Positions 49,472 to 61,434 of a DNA stretch of 64,000 nucleotides are shown piece by piece. A program made the translations under genes and the position numbers. Position 1 is the first letter of the stretch. Each line of letters opens with the position of its first letter. A model generated the notes under the pieces. It was not told the DNA's origin. It ran no database searches and saw only the letters and a program-made list of their open reading frames with translations. The DNA comes from Oopsacas minuta (taxonomy: Eukaryota; Animalia; Porifera), in the NCBI GenBank assembly GCA_024704765.1, contig JAKMXF010000266.1, positions 434,001 to 498,000 of the forward strand, given 5' to 3'.

Positions 49472-49666
49472 TATATTAAATTTCACTTAACCACATTCGA
49501 ATTTTTGGTATTTTGGATTTCTTCATGGCCAAGTTCGACCTTTGTACCAAGGATTTATTGAATTCATAGGTTATATAACAGTCCATTGAAATATATCATA
49601 AAAGGTAGATATTATTCATTTTGCTTGAACAATTGTTAAGCTTATGATATTCTGTGAGATTTCTGA

Positions 49667-52600
49667 ATGAGCGAAATAACAGCTGAAACCCCTGGAGAAG
49701 ACCCACCTCCAGCAATTAATGGTGAAGTTGTAACCTTGGATACTGGACAGGAATATGGGAATTTAGACGAAGAGCAACCCGATGACTTACCAGTATCAGG
49801 TGCTTAATATGTTAGTTAATAACTTTTAATATTGTTATAACGTCATTTTATTTGTTTAGATTCTGACTCAGGGATTTCCCTGATTGAGATTTCAGAAGCT
49901 ACATACCTACTACAAGAACTGGTAACCATGGAAGCACTACAACCAGACAGAGCTCAAATACTCAAGTACAAGTATATGGGTGAGTTGAGTTTATTTTATT
50001 TTAGTATTATATTAATGTATATTGTGTGGTAGATATATATGGGAAATTTATCGAGAGCAGGGACTACGAACAGAGCCTACTGTCTGAAGTTAGAAGTCTA
50101 CGTACTTGGTTAATTAGACATAAAGAATTGACAGACGCTTTTGAATCAGCTCCACCTCCTCAACTAGATGCAGGAGATACAGAAGCAGATGATAATAAGG
50201 TAAATACGCTCAGAACTAAACTACTGAGGATTAGTAATGATCTGGAGTTGAGTAGAGAGAGAATAGTTAAGCTAGACTTTGAAGAGAATAATTGTAGAGA
50301 AGAGATTGAAGAACTGAATAGTGAGCAAGAAAGGTATTTAAATCTGAATATAGTATACCGTATATGTATTTATATACCTTACGGTAATTGTCCTTCACTT
50401 AATTAAGTAGATATCGACATTTTAATTCATTAAATATGGTCTTGAAACTTTCCTTCTAATTGAAATAATATCGCCTTTTAGAACTCCTATATGTATCATT
50501 TAAGCCCTTGGATTCGGTAGGACAGGAGTTGACTGTATACTATCACTCAAGGGTTTATCAGGTATATACGACGAGTTTAAAAGCGCTTTAACTAATTTAT
50601 ATCTAGAATCTAAGAATGCGGACATTCTCTACATATATAGGAGCTTAAAAAACAAACGCATCAGTGAGAATATCACCGTTTTGGCTTATTGCTTTAGAAT
50701 CGATGAAATCTTGGGCATAATTAGTGTCTCACGCTCCTATAAGAACCATGAGCCTAGTATTAACACGAAAAATCAATGACATGTCTTAACTTCTAACATT
50801 CTATTAGTTGTTCTTTTCTGAGAACTTACATGTACATTGAATTGTGTTTTTGTTACCTAGCCTGTGATAACAATAGCACAGAAAAGAATATAATTGTTTA
50901 GAATTTTGTAGAATCTCTAAGTTGGACAATGAAGAAGAACTACTCCGAGAACTAGAGACTTCTATAGATGATTTGTGTATGGATATTAAACAGAGACAAG
51001 TAGAGGTAGGAGGCGTACAAGGAGAGATAGAATTAGCTCTAACTAATCTTAAAAACCAAGAAGAAGAGTATGAACAGATTCTAATACGAGAAGACAAAGC
51101 TAAGAAGGAATTAGTTCAATCTAAAACAGCTCCTACGAATATTCTAGTTGCTATTGATTCTATTAACAGACAGAAAGATGAATTGTTTATTTCTATACAA
51201 GATAAGCAATCACAAGTTGAAGCATTGCTGTCAGATTTCGCGAAGAATAAAGATGAAGTAAAGAGGAGAGAAGAATTGAAAGAATCGCTACAAGTTGAAT
51301 TAGAGCAGTTGATGGCTAGAAACAGAGAGGGACAAGAGGAATTCAGTGACATGGAGAGAGGAATAAATCAGGGTCTGTTAGAACAAGGCAGTTTTGAGTC
51401 TGATTTTATTCTAGTTGATAAACAGATGAAGGAATTGTCAGAAGAGGTTAAGAAAGAACTGGAGCAACTTGACAAGTAAGTTTATTGTTACTACCATTAT
51501 GTGTAGTACAGTGAAACTTCCACAAATTGGGTAGCATTTCCTTGTTGGAAGTTGAAATGTTGATTGCCTATGAGGGAGAATTGATATTTGCGCTTTTCTA
51601 TTTATTTGTTGGTATCTCCTATTTACTGTGTTCATATAACAACAATACTCTACTGTAAATACGGTTACCTCAATATCATTGTATAACTATATCTTACTCC
51701 CATCAAGACGACAGAAAGCACATGATTCTCATTTGAAACACATAAAAAGAACAGACATGAATATAAGCAGATTAGAAGGGGAATTAGAGTTGTTAAGAGG
51801 AGTACAGAATAATCTTCAAATAGATATTGATAATAGAAATGCTCCTATACCTGATATAGAGAAAAGGATAGGAGAAATGCAAAGATCTCTCAGAGAGAAT
51901 CAGTCTTTGTTAGAAGCACAAGTATTTTCCCATGTAAGTTAGATGTACTAATCTATCTGATCGATGTTGTTCGCGGTTTTGAGGCACTCTTCTCTTGATT
52001 GGAAGGGGAATTAGTATATTGCAAAATATACTATATCCCTCATCCATGGTTAAATTACTAATAAACATGAGAGACCCTTTTTGTCAATTCAATACTACCT
52101 ATTGAATTGAGGTAGACATTTTATGTGTGTTATTTTGCTCATAGTCAACTGTAGATCAAGATTTATCAGAAATAAAGGTAAGAGAGAATAGAGTCATAAC
52201 TCAGATATCAGATCTTGAGAAAGAAATGAAAGAGAGTTGTCTTATTGAGAAGACATGCTTGAAAGAGAGAGAAGCAGATATGGAGAAGATGTATAAATTA
52301 AGAATTACTTTAGAACAAATTATAGATCAAATCAAGACTAAATCTGGAGTTATTTCTGAAGAAAGTAAATGTCTTAAAGATTTGGAAAATAAGGTAAACT
52401 ACAATGTAACTTCCACAAACGGGGTGTCAGCCTGCCAGAGACGCCGAAAATACCGACCCCGTTTCTGCTGAATATTGCAAATTTCCCGTTTGTGGAGTTT
52501 ATTTGTATTGGCTAGGAATTCGCTTTATTTATTTTTCATTCCGTTCGCAGAAGTTTCCCTGTTTCTATAGGTCCCATTTGTAGAGGTTACACTATAGTAC

Positions 52601-55032
52601 GATCTAGTACAACATTTGTTATTACTCCTTTCATAGGTAAAATACTACACAGAACTACACCAGACTGTTAAGGGAGAAGTTAGCGGTATCATTCAACTGA
52701 TACAAGACTTCAAACAAAAATCTGCTGAACTGAAAGAGAAATACAAAATACTTGAAACAGAATTATCAACTTGTAAAGATGATTGTGATAGAAAAAGCAA
52801 ACTATTACAAAGATCTCGTCTTAAATACACTAGTGTTATTGGAGTTAGAGATTCCTTCCTTATAGACTTAAGTAAGGTTAGAATACAACTTGTGGAGACT
52901 AGGTCAGAGATAGAAGAACAGAGAGGAGAAATTAAGAAGATGGCTGGTATGATTAATGCTGCTGAAGAGGAGATGGTTAAGCTTAGGAAAAAGTTAGTAC
53001 GTATTTGCTTGAATTTACTTGCTAGTCGAATTTGGCATGAGAGGATTAATTCCAATACAAAATGGACTCTAAGTCTGAAATTGGTACTTTTCTTGAAAGT
53101 CCATTGGCAATTTCTTGTATTTTTTTTATTTTCTTGTATTCCATGTTCTATTTCAAATATCGAATATTCGAATATATCCAAAAATATCCATAAAAGTAAC
53201 TAAATTTCCTGTTGTATAAATATCCCAAGATAACACAAGATTTCCGAGATTGTTGCAAATATGAACACAACCAATAATACGGCATTTATTTGTGCTTTCC
53301 TGGTATTCTTTTTCAAATTTACGTAGGTATGAATTGATGTTACAAGAGAGAAATGACAGAGGAATACAATTAATTGAGAGAAATGAAGAAACAGCTATTT
53401 TCTATGAAAAGCTAAATGTACAAGATTCTGTGTTGAGAAGAGGTTTGTAATGTCAAAGATATGGTAGTGGTGAACTGGTGATTAATTCGAATCTTAGAGA
53501 TAATATGTGCACTTTTCCAAATACTTTTATTTCGGTTTATACAATGAATTTTTGTTCAGCTCTCTCGGCCGCCCGGACACCATAAGTCGGTTCCTTGATC
53601 TAACATCAAAACTTATTTCTAGTCGTTGAGAGCTCGAAACCGAGACTACAAAGCACATTCCTCGATTGAGTGTGATGAAACTAAGATAAATATTACGTAA
53701 TATCTATCATATGCTCTGGGTTAGGGCGTTTATGACTACATTATACCATGGATAAGAAGTAAGAAATTCGACTGGTCCTTTAGTGTACTTATTGACGAAA
53801 TATCTTTTAATTTATAATAATTAATGCAAACCATCCATAGGTAATATCCAGCTAGAGAGTAGAGAAGAGGAGCTACGATTCCTCCGTGTAGAAATCAGAG
53901 ATATACAGAGACAGATAGACACCTTAAGAAAATCTACACCTAAGGCTATACAGCTGGAACAAGAATTGGTAGATTTACAACAACAAATGTCTGAAGCACA
54001 TGAAACACTCAGGGTGTTAGAACGTCGTGCTGAGAAGCCGAGTGAAAATCCTGCTCGTCTTGTGGAGGTGGGATCATTTCCTGTTGGTAGTTTTGAAGAG
54101 TTACAAGTAAAGTCTCTTAAACTAGAGGAACAGCTGATTGGTAAGGAAACCCAGGTTATGGAGAGAGAGTTGTTGTTAGAACATGTGGAGAGGATAACAG
54201 AGAAAGCTCAGGTAGTAGACATTGCGACTCTATTAATCGCAGTCTACTAAAATTAGTACTGTATTTATATAATTAATTATACTATAGACTCGTGTGAAAC
54301 AAACCTGCGCTTATACCCGTGATCAATCTTCCCATATGTGTGAGATTCAGAATCAGCTGAAGGAAAGCACTAAGAAACTAATGGCTCTGCTATCAGAACT
54401 ATCAATGCTTAGAGCATCTAGCTTACAGCTACAGAGAGAGGTGGATGAGAAGGAGAATGAACTGGTAGAGAATTACCAGAGATTAGAGCAAGGACTACCT
54501 CCATCTGAACAAGCTGAGATATCATGGGAGAGAATGGTAGATTATAGATTTTTATTATATTTTATACCCAAAAAAGGTCAAGCAATAGATGCAATTCTGC
54601 TTGACGACGGATATAGAGCGTGTTTCCAAATTAATGATATCTCTTCTTCAGGAGATACTACTACTATATACCCAAATGTGAAATTTTCGAATTTTTTGTG
54701 GGAATTGTGTAAAGAATTTAGTGTTCTGAATCATTTCGAGCTTAACACTCAACTGTAAGCGGTTTAGATTGAGAATATTTTTGCAGGTACGAGTAGAGAA
54801 AGCTAGAGAGAGGCATGACGAGGTTATAGCATCAGAAGCCTCTAGTAAAACTGACCTCGGAGGTGGAGTACTAACAACAGCTCACAGGCGTCCTAACGCA
54901 TACATCCCTGACTGTGACGGTGAGCTACCAATCCCAAAGCCCTACGGATCACACGCACCATTCAAACCATCTGAACAAGGCAGTAATATCAGACACATTC
55001 GTAAGCCTGTATTAAAGCCGATACAGTTATAA
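49667..55032 (+). CDS. CCDC146: Coiled-coil domain-containing protein 146 (MBO2-like ciliary protein), ~11 exons
   Basis: Long coiled coil over GT-AG-joined exons (~49667-49799, 49860-49979, 50033-50334, 50912-51475, 51710-51921, 52145-52393, 52638-52993, 53328-53442, 53841-54210, 54289-54537, 54788-55032); [18 protein letters not shown]; C-terminal TTA..RPNAYIP....[24 protein letters not shown] signature. Confidence 0.9.
51509..51560. mobile_element. Partial MITE family B copy in CCDC146 intron
   Basis: ta|cagtgaaacttccacaaattggg terminus. Confidence 0.45.
52402..52594. mobile_element. MITE family B copy with TA TSD in CCDC146 intron
   Basis: ta|caatgtaacttccacaaacgggg ... atttgtagaggttacacta|ta; internal gacgccgaaaat and ggaattcgct shared with the family. 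Confidence 0.75.
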
Positions 55033-55397
55033 TAATGTACTAGTAATCTCGTATTTACATTATTATAGTATTAATTGTATGATTGCTAATAAGAGATACA
55101 AGTACAATGGTACAACAGCAATATATTAATCTTGAAAAAACCAGTGTAACATATTTGTGAGTTAATTAATTAAAATAATGTATTGTGGATGGGTTAACAT
55201 AGTTTAAGTGAGTCGAGAAGTCTCCCACAATCAGAATTGTCTCTGAATGTAGTAGAGGTATTTGAGTTATTTGTTGAATCACACAATTATTCGATATATA
55301 ATCTACGTTAAAACCACCATATCCTGTTTATGCTATATTTTTATTGCAATTATTATAGTAGTAACATGTAGACGGTGATTGAGCATTTGCAAATAAT

Positions 55398-55544
55398 CGA
55401 GGTTGGAACCGAATATCAGTATTCGGTATTCGGTGGTCCAACCGAATATTACCAGTATTTGGTTAGGCAAACCGAATAATATCGGTATTCGGTTAGGTTG
55501 CTATTCATGAATGCTGATATTCGGTTCGATCGGTTTCAACCTTG
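55398..55544. mobile_element. hAT-type MITE, 147 bp, with perfect 8-bp TSD (CAAATAAT) and subterminal ACCGAATA/TATTCGGT repeats
   Basis: caaataat|cgaggttggaaccg ... cggtttcaaccttg|caaataat; 14-bp TIRs with 2 mismatches; about 7 internal (A)ACCGAATA motifs on both strands. Confidence 0.88.
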
Positions 55545-55845
55545 CAAATAATATTATTATTATTTCCTGTTAGTTGGGACAAATGCAAGAAAATACTCGC
55601 CAGATTGTGAATCATAAACTTGAACAACGTCCACCAGCTGGAATACTTAAGTAATCATATATACCAATAAATTTGCTCTATAAATATAATACCGGTCCCC
55701 GCTCCAATTTCCTAGCTATCTTGGATAATTACTTTCCATAGCCTTAAGGCACGCCTAAACTTCAACTGTGTCATCTCCCCAACTCTCTTCTAATCCCTGA
55801 GTGTAACCAGATATATTTCCTATCCGTGTGTAGATAATTCTAACA

Positions 55846-57105
55846 ATGAACAGCCTTGATGATATGTTCTTAGCTTCCACCATAGGTGACCTAATCTGGT
55901 TGAAATCTTGCATTGAACAGGACGGATTGAATCCACTAACTTTAAGGAATAAACATGGTTACACCTGTCTACATCTATCAGCACTAAACGCTAGACCAAA
56001 GTGTGTTGAGTTCCTTCTAGGTAGAGGTTTATCTCCAGGCGATTTGACCCACCAAAATAACAACAATGCCTTCCATTTAGCTGTAGAGCGTAAGAATGGA
56101 TCCCGCGGTGTGTTAACATTAAAAATTCTACTATCGTCTTTATTCCACATACCAGCTAATACATTCTTAGACCAGCAAAATACAATTGGGAAAACTCCAT
56201 TACACATCGCTATGGGTCTAGGCTGTATTTCCTATATTAAATTACTGTTAAAAGCTAACCCACAGACAGACATACGTGATGAAGATGGTAATCTCCCGAT
56301 AGATGTATCAAAAATAGAAGGACATTACGAAGCTATGAGATTATTACAGGCTCATCAATGGTCACTCGATAAGAATCGAAAAGAACATTTTATGCTAGTT
56401 TGTAAGAACAAAGAATTATTGGATAATCAACATAAATCACGTGTAAACCTTGAGGTGAAACAACAACAGTCAAAAGCAGCTTACAATGCTTGGACTGAGA
56501 AGAAGAGCTTACCTCTACTACAGGATAACAGACTATATCCAGATTCAGGGCCTATGAATAAACCAAATTCCCTTACTAACTCGCCAGTTATAATGAGAGT
56601 CAACAAGGACATATCTCTTAATCACGAGCAAAAGAAACATAACTTAACTATCTATAAACACACACAACCTCTCCCTGCTCCGCTAGTAATACGTGCTACT
56701 TCTGCACTGAAGAGACATAAATTATGGCTACCAGAAGTTGCCACGAAATCAGCTCCATCTACACGTCATCAAAGGAGAGATTCTTTACAACTCAATTCAT
56801 TTTATGCCTTCAGACCTGCTACACAAGGACGTATGTCTGTATCATTGCCACACCCTAGCGACCGAAACCGTCATAAGGTATGTAAAACGAGTTTAGACGG
56901 AAGCACTGTTTCCATTTGTAATATACCATCCAGAACAAAAACAGCTGATCCCGCCAAAAATATTGTGAAGACAAAATTTACAAATGAAAAGGATAGAGAA
57001 TTAATTTTATCTAAATTGCCAGTAAAGGTTCCTATTCGTATTCAGAATTTCATTTTCCCAGAAACTCAACCTGATCACTGTTATGAAGATTTTAACTCCG
57101 TCTAA
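55846..57105 (+). CDS. ANKRD53: Ankyrin repeat domain-containing protein 53-like, single exon
   Basis: F.A..IG...WL..C; G.T.LH..A......CV..L; GKTPLH.A...G....K.LL; G..PID..KI..H....R.L...QW..DK pattern, followed by a basic low-complexity tail. Confidence 0.78.
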   Translation: MNSLDDMFLASTIGDLIWLKSCIEQDGLNPLTLRNKHGYTCLHLSALNARPKCVEFLLGRGLSPGDLTHQNNNNAFHLAVERKNGSRGVLTLKILLSSLFHIPANTFLDQQNTIGKTPLHIAMGLGCISYIKLLLKANPQTDIRDEDGNLPIDVSKIEGHYEAMRLLQAHQWSLDKNRKEHFMLVCKNKELLDNQHKSRVNLEVKQQQSKAAYNAWTEKKSLPLLQDNRLYPDSGPMNKPNSLTNSPVIMRVNKDISLNHEQKKHNLTIYKHTQPLPAPLVIRATSALKRHKLWLPEVATKSAPSTRHQRRDSLQLNSFYAFRPATQGRMSVSLPHPSDRNRHKVCKTSLDGSTVSICNIPSRTKTADPAKNIVKTKFTNEKDRELILSKLPVKVPIRIQNFIFPETQPDHCYEDFNSV

Positions 57106-57313
57106 AATATTTCTACAAATTTATATATTTCTCCATATTACTAACCAATAATAAATATTAAACAAACATATAATATATTAATTAAGCGTAGGAAATATCG
57201 ATAATTAGATGAACCTTAAATCCTTACTAATTACGAAAATGTATTCAAGTGCGTATCAGTATTATTGAATACATTAAAAGGTCCGTAGATTTCGTAGATA
57301 ATTGCACTATCAA

Positions 57314-57937
57314 ATGCAGTCTCTCTCTACAATAATATATATCCTGGGCTATTCAGTAGTGGTGCTTGGTTCAATTCAGAAACTACCTCAACTCTTTCAA
57401 GTGTTAAAAGCCGGTAAAGCTGAAAGTCTCAGCATAGCGAGTATACAGTTTGATATCCTAGCTTATACTATCGCGGCATCTTACGGTTATATATACCGAC
57501 TTTCAATTTTCGCATATGGAGAATTGGTTATTCTATTAGCCCAGAGTTTATTGCTATTCTTCTTAGTTGTACGTTATAACAAACTTTTCAGCAGTACAAT
57601 AATACAATTAGTTATTTTTGTTTACACTCTATGGGGAATCTGTATTGTTATGAGATGGTTACCTCCTACAGTATTATCGATACAATTGTTATTTTCTATA
57701 CCAATAACTGCTTCAAGCAAGCTATCTCAGATATTTAAACTGTATGAATATAAGAGAACAGGTCAAGTTAACCTCTATTCGTATGTGATAGCTGCTTATG
57801 GTTGTGTCATAAGAATTATTACTACAATCATGGAAGTTGGGAATTATACAATTTTGTTTAATTATTCGATAGCAGCTGTTCTTAATTGTATTATTGTTTT
57901 GTTGATCATACGATATAAAGAGAATAAAAGATGTTAA
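57314..57937 (+). CDS. PQ-loop membrane protein (SLC66A3/PQLC3 - MPDU1 family), single exon
   Basis: QKLPQLFQV..A..AE.LS..S, AYGE..ILLAQ, second repeat SSKLSQ...RTGQV, RIITTIME. Confidence 0.85.
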   Translation: MQSLSTIIYILGYSVVVLGSIQKLPQLFQVLKAGKAESLSIASIQFDILAYTIAASYGYIYRLSIFAYGELVILLAQSLLLFFLVVRYNKLFSSTIIQLVIFVYTLWGICIVMRWLPPTVLSIQLLFSIPITASSKLSQIFKLYEYKRTGQVNLYSYVIAAYGCVIRIITTIMEVGNYTILFNYSIAAVLNCIIVLLIIRYKENKRC

Positions 57938-57969
57938 CATTTTACAGTTTTAATTATTTATTTGGCTAA

Positions 57970-58108
57970 CAGTCAACTCAGATTATACCGAAGCCCAAGG
58001 GACCGCAATAATCACTTCGATATACCGAATTATATTTATATTACTTTGACCGTATTTGTACAATTTTAGATTCGATATATCCTTGTTCGATATAATAGGA
58101 ATTGAGTG
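57970..58108. mobile_element. MITE family A copy
   Basis: cagtcaactcagattataccgaagcccaagggaccgc ... ttcgatataataggaattgagtg|ta. Confidence 0.75.
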
Positions 58109-59376
58109 TACATATTTTTGTGTGTTTATCATATTTATTGAGATTTAATTAGACATAATTACAAACTTACAGAAAGTAAATACTCCCACTACTTATTCAA
58201 ATTGAATCATACTATGATAATTACTGAAAATATCTGACCTTATGTAATACAATCCTTGGGTTGTTTTGCAATTCATTCTCTGATTGAAGATAAATATTTT
58301 CCTAATATTTAACATTCCCAGCTAGAATGGAATCTTAATTAAATACTTAAACTTCTCAAAAATTCCCAAAAATACAACATAATACTAAGTTCACATAAGG
58401 AATGTATTAAGTTAAAAATACGTCTTTATGACACAATTCTTAAAATATTTGTGCTGGAACTTATATACATTTCTGCCAAAGTATACGCTTCAACATATTC
58501 CTATGATTTTATTGAATTTGTAATAGGTTTCATTCTTCTTATGACTAGGTCAGCAGCCCAATAGATTATGCTAGGAATTTTACTAAGCCACATTATTAGA
58601 TATATCGTAGTACTACAAATATGCTCGTGAGTTATTCATCTAGATTGGGATTCTTTATTAGAAATATGCATTTTGACAAATTTTTTACTTATAAATTTGT
58701 TGTAAAAGACAGGGGCCTATATATTCATGGTTTCATCATTAATCAGGTTGGAAAATGTTCAGTTTGTGGTTCTCGGCCTGTGTTACGTATCTCGATATTT
58801 ACCGTAAGGCGTAGGTGTTATATTTCGTGAAGAATCCAGATTTTAAAATGGTCAAATTTGGAATCCACAAGGCGGAAATCACCGTATTAACTGCAATTAA
58901 TTGCCAACTCCTTTTCCCATTTATCAATCAGGACTTATATACAGTCTCCAATTCTTTAGAATGAAACTACGCTTACACATACATTTCTTTTATTTGGGAG
59001 AGGGAGACCAAACCCATAGAGATTATGTAAGTTAACCTGGAACTCTACTTAATTGTGATAAATGGCCTGGAACGACCTGTCCCGTTTCATCATATTAAAC
59101 TGTATATCTATTCATGCGCATGATTATATCATTATACCTACGCATTAATTAGTAACACAATGTACTTATTTCTTGTACGATGCTACTACCTCATTAATTC
59201 TCTACAATTTATAAATTCCTAAGTGAATAGAAACAGAATTCCTGATTTAATTTGATAATACTATAATCCATTTTATTATAATAGTACACGCATCATTAGC
59301 ATATTTTCTATATAAAGATATGTATAATACGAATAAATTCGTTCAATGTTTTTACTTAAAATTCTCATTAAGACAA

Positions 59377-61188
59377 TCAATCTTTTGTGAAGATTTTATA
59401 TGCGTAATGGTAAGCGGAGCTGTCCTTGAGTTCCTCATCTATCCTGAAATTTGTTAGTCGTTTGCGATAGTTAACAGCTACAAGTATGTACAGGGAAATA
59501 AACATCAAGCTAAGCAGTGTAAATACAATGTAGAGGAGGTATGCACTGGATTTGCCGGGACAATTTGTATAGTACCAGCATTGTGCTGCAAGATTCTGCG
59601 TTATAATATCTGAGCATTCTGCGTAATCTGAATTATTACATCTACAAGTACTGTTAGTTTGTGCTAGTATGATTATTATTATGGATATTATTGTACCGAA
59701 TCCACGAGTACCTTGTAAACTCCCGAATATCAGTCCTCTCATACTGGATGGAGATTGTGCATACGTAAACTCGCGGATAGTAGCGTACGCGAAACTATCC
59801 GCTAACCCCATTAGAATGTAGAGCGGGAGAATCGCGAAAACTGACACTTCTGAGCTGTAGTATATCGATAAAATATAGTTATGATCACAATTCGCCAACT
59901 CCGAACGTGCAATTTCTATAAATATAGCCAGAAAAATGGTCAACAATCCACAAAAATATCCTATACCCATTCCAGTAAGCATCCTTGGATAATATCTACG
60001 GAATCGTTTGTAAATAACAGCATTGAGTATAGCTATTAATGGCAGAGCTACTATATTCCCTAATTGGAATAAAAACGTCACAATTAAAATACGGTCAATT
60101 TTATGTTTGGTATTACCTGGCCATTTCATGTGCAGACCCATTTTAATGAAGATTGAGTACGTAGTGGCTCGTAGAGCAAAGAACCACATAAATGAGAGGA
60201 ATATTGCGATTAATCGGTAGAACGTTTTGACTTCTTGTATCCATTCGACTGTGTATTTACCACCAAGAGCTACTTTCCCATAGTCGAGTACTGATGTTGG
60301 AAATTTCACAGTTTTGAGGGTGAAAAGAATTTTCTCCTTTCTCGCTTGTTTAATTGCAAACCAAGTCGTTCGGCTAATCTGAACGATTGGATTTAGTCTC
60401 ACTGTATTCTCATCAAAATCTTTCTTAAACACTCTCAAAAGAATCAATATTATAGCCAAAGATACAGGCGGAACCATTACATATACGAGAACACTACCCG
60501 GAAATATTTGATACTCGAATGGTACTACAAGGAGCCCTGCTATAGTCGCAGCTAACACACCAATAAAATGATAAATATGGAAATAATTATGTTTTTTACT
60601 TTCATTCGCATCCTCCAATAATTCAGCACCATACAGACACAGATTAGCGTGATATCCTGAATAGAATATGTTGAATACAAGCATGCATATTAGTAGGAGA
60701 AATAGGTAAGCATTAGTAATCACGAGTTCACCATCGTCACAGGCATAACTTTCTTCTTCATAATCACTTCGTAAACTTAATAAATCATCAGAAATACATT
60801 GACTATACACAGATAGACCTGCTAACAAGGAATACCCTATCGTGGATAGAAACATCATCCAACTACATCTAACTAGCACCTTATATCTCCCGAAATACGT
60901 ATCTGTTAAAAAACCAGTTACAGGCGCAAGCAGGTAGCCTAAACTCAGGAAAAATCCGAAAATAATTGAAGATAGAATAGAGCTAAACTCATCAAAATTT
61001 ACTAGGTTAAAATACGCCCGTGATATAATCGTAATATTCGTGAAGATGGAGTAGAAAGCTAATTTTACTAGGAAGTTAACCGCGTGTAGTACAATCACCC
61101 CTCGTTGATATTTTAATGCGAAACAAACCTCTTCTTTAGCTGAACGTTCCCTTTTCGAGGTGGTTTCATGATTAATTGTTAGATCCAT
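59377..61188 (-). CDS. POT/PTR2 family (SLC15-like) oligopeptide transporter, single exon
   Basis: 603-aa ORF with ~12 hydrophobic helices; G.LTDTYFGRYK, ANL..YGA, EFTYAQSPSSMRGLIFG motifs typical of SLC15A3/4-like proteins. Confidence 0.85.
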   Translation of the reverse strand: MDLTINHETTSKRERSAKEEVCFALKYQRGVIVLHAVNFLVKLAFYSIFTNITIISRAYFNLVNFDEFSSILSSIIFGFFLSLGYLLAPVTGFLTDTYFGRYKVLVRCSWMMFLSTIGYSLLAGLSVYSQCISDDLLSLRSDYEEESYACDDGELVITNAYLFLLLICMLVFNIFYSGYHANLCLYGAELLEDANESKKHNYFHIYHFIGVLAATIAGLLVVPFEYQIFPGSVLVYVMVPPVSLAIILILLRVFKKDFDENTVRLNPIVQISRTTWFAIKQARKEKILFTLKTVKFPTSVLDYGKVALGGKYTVEWIQEVKTFYRLIAIFLSFMWFFALRATTYSIFIKMGLHMKWPGNTKHKIDRILIVTFLFQLGNIVALPLIAILNAVIYKRFRRYYPRMLTGMGIGYFCGLLTIFLAIFIEIARSELANCDHNYILSIYYSSEVSVFAILPLYILMGLADSFAYATIREFTYAQSPSSMRGLIFGSLQGTRGFGTIISIIIIILAQTNSTCRCNNSDYAECSDIITQNLAAQCWYYTNCPGKSSAYLLYIVFTLLSLMFISLYILVAVNYRKRLTNFRIDEELKDSSAYHYAYKIFTKD

Positions 61189-61434
61189 ATTATTTCCAAT
61201 GGAATATGCTGGAGTAATTTATCCACCCCTTATGAGCTTATTCCAGTCATTAGTAATACGATCTCGTGTAGTACATTTATCTGTATTCACTGCATTCCAA
61301 AGCCGTTATATTAACTGCTTACAGATGCATATTATATCTATAATTTCTTCATAATTTAGAAGCGAATGTTTTACTTGACTCTCCACTTGCACTGGATGAA
61401 TTCTATTAGATAATACAATTGTTACTCTTCATCA

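Noticed and set aside
53558-53575. U2 snRNA-like start (gctctctcggcc)
   Set aside because: Similarity to the U2 5' end stops after about 11 nt; the branch-point pairing region GTGTAGTA is absent.
4318-55032. Non-canonical (GC-AG or AT-AC) introns in the multi-exon genes
   Set aside because: Every junction I checked could be joined in frame with GT-AG boundaries.
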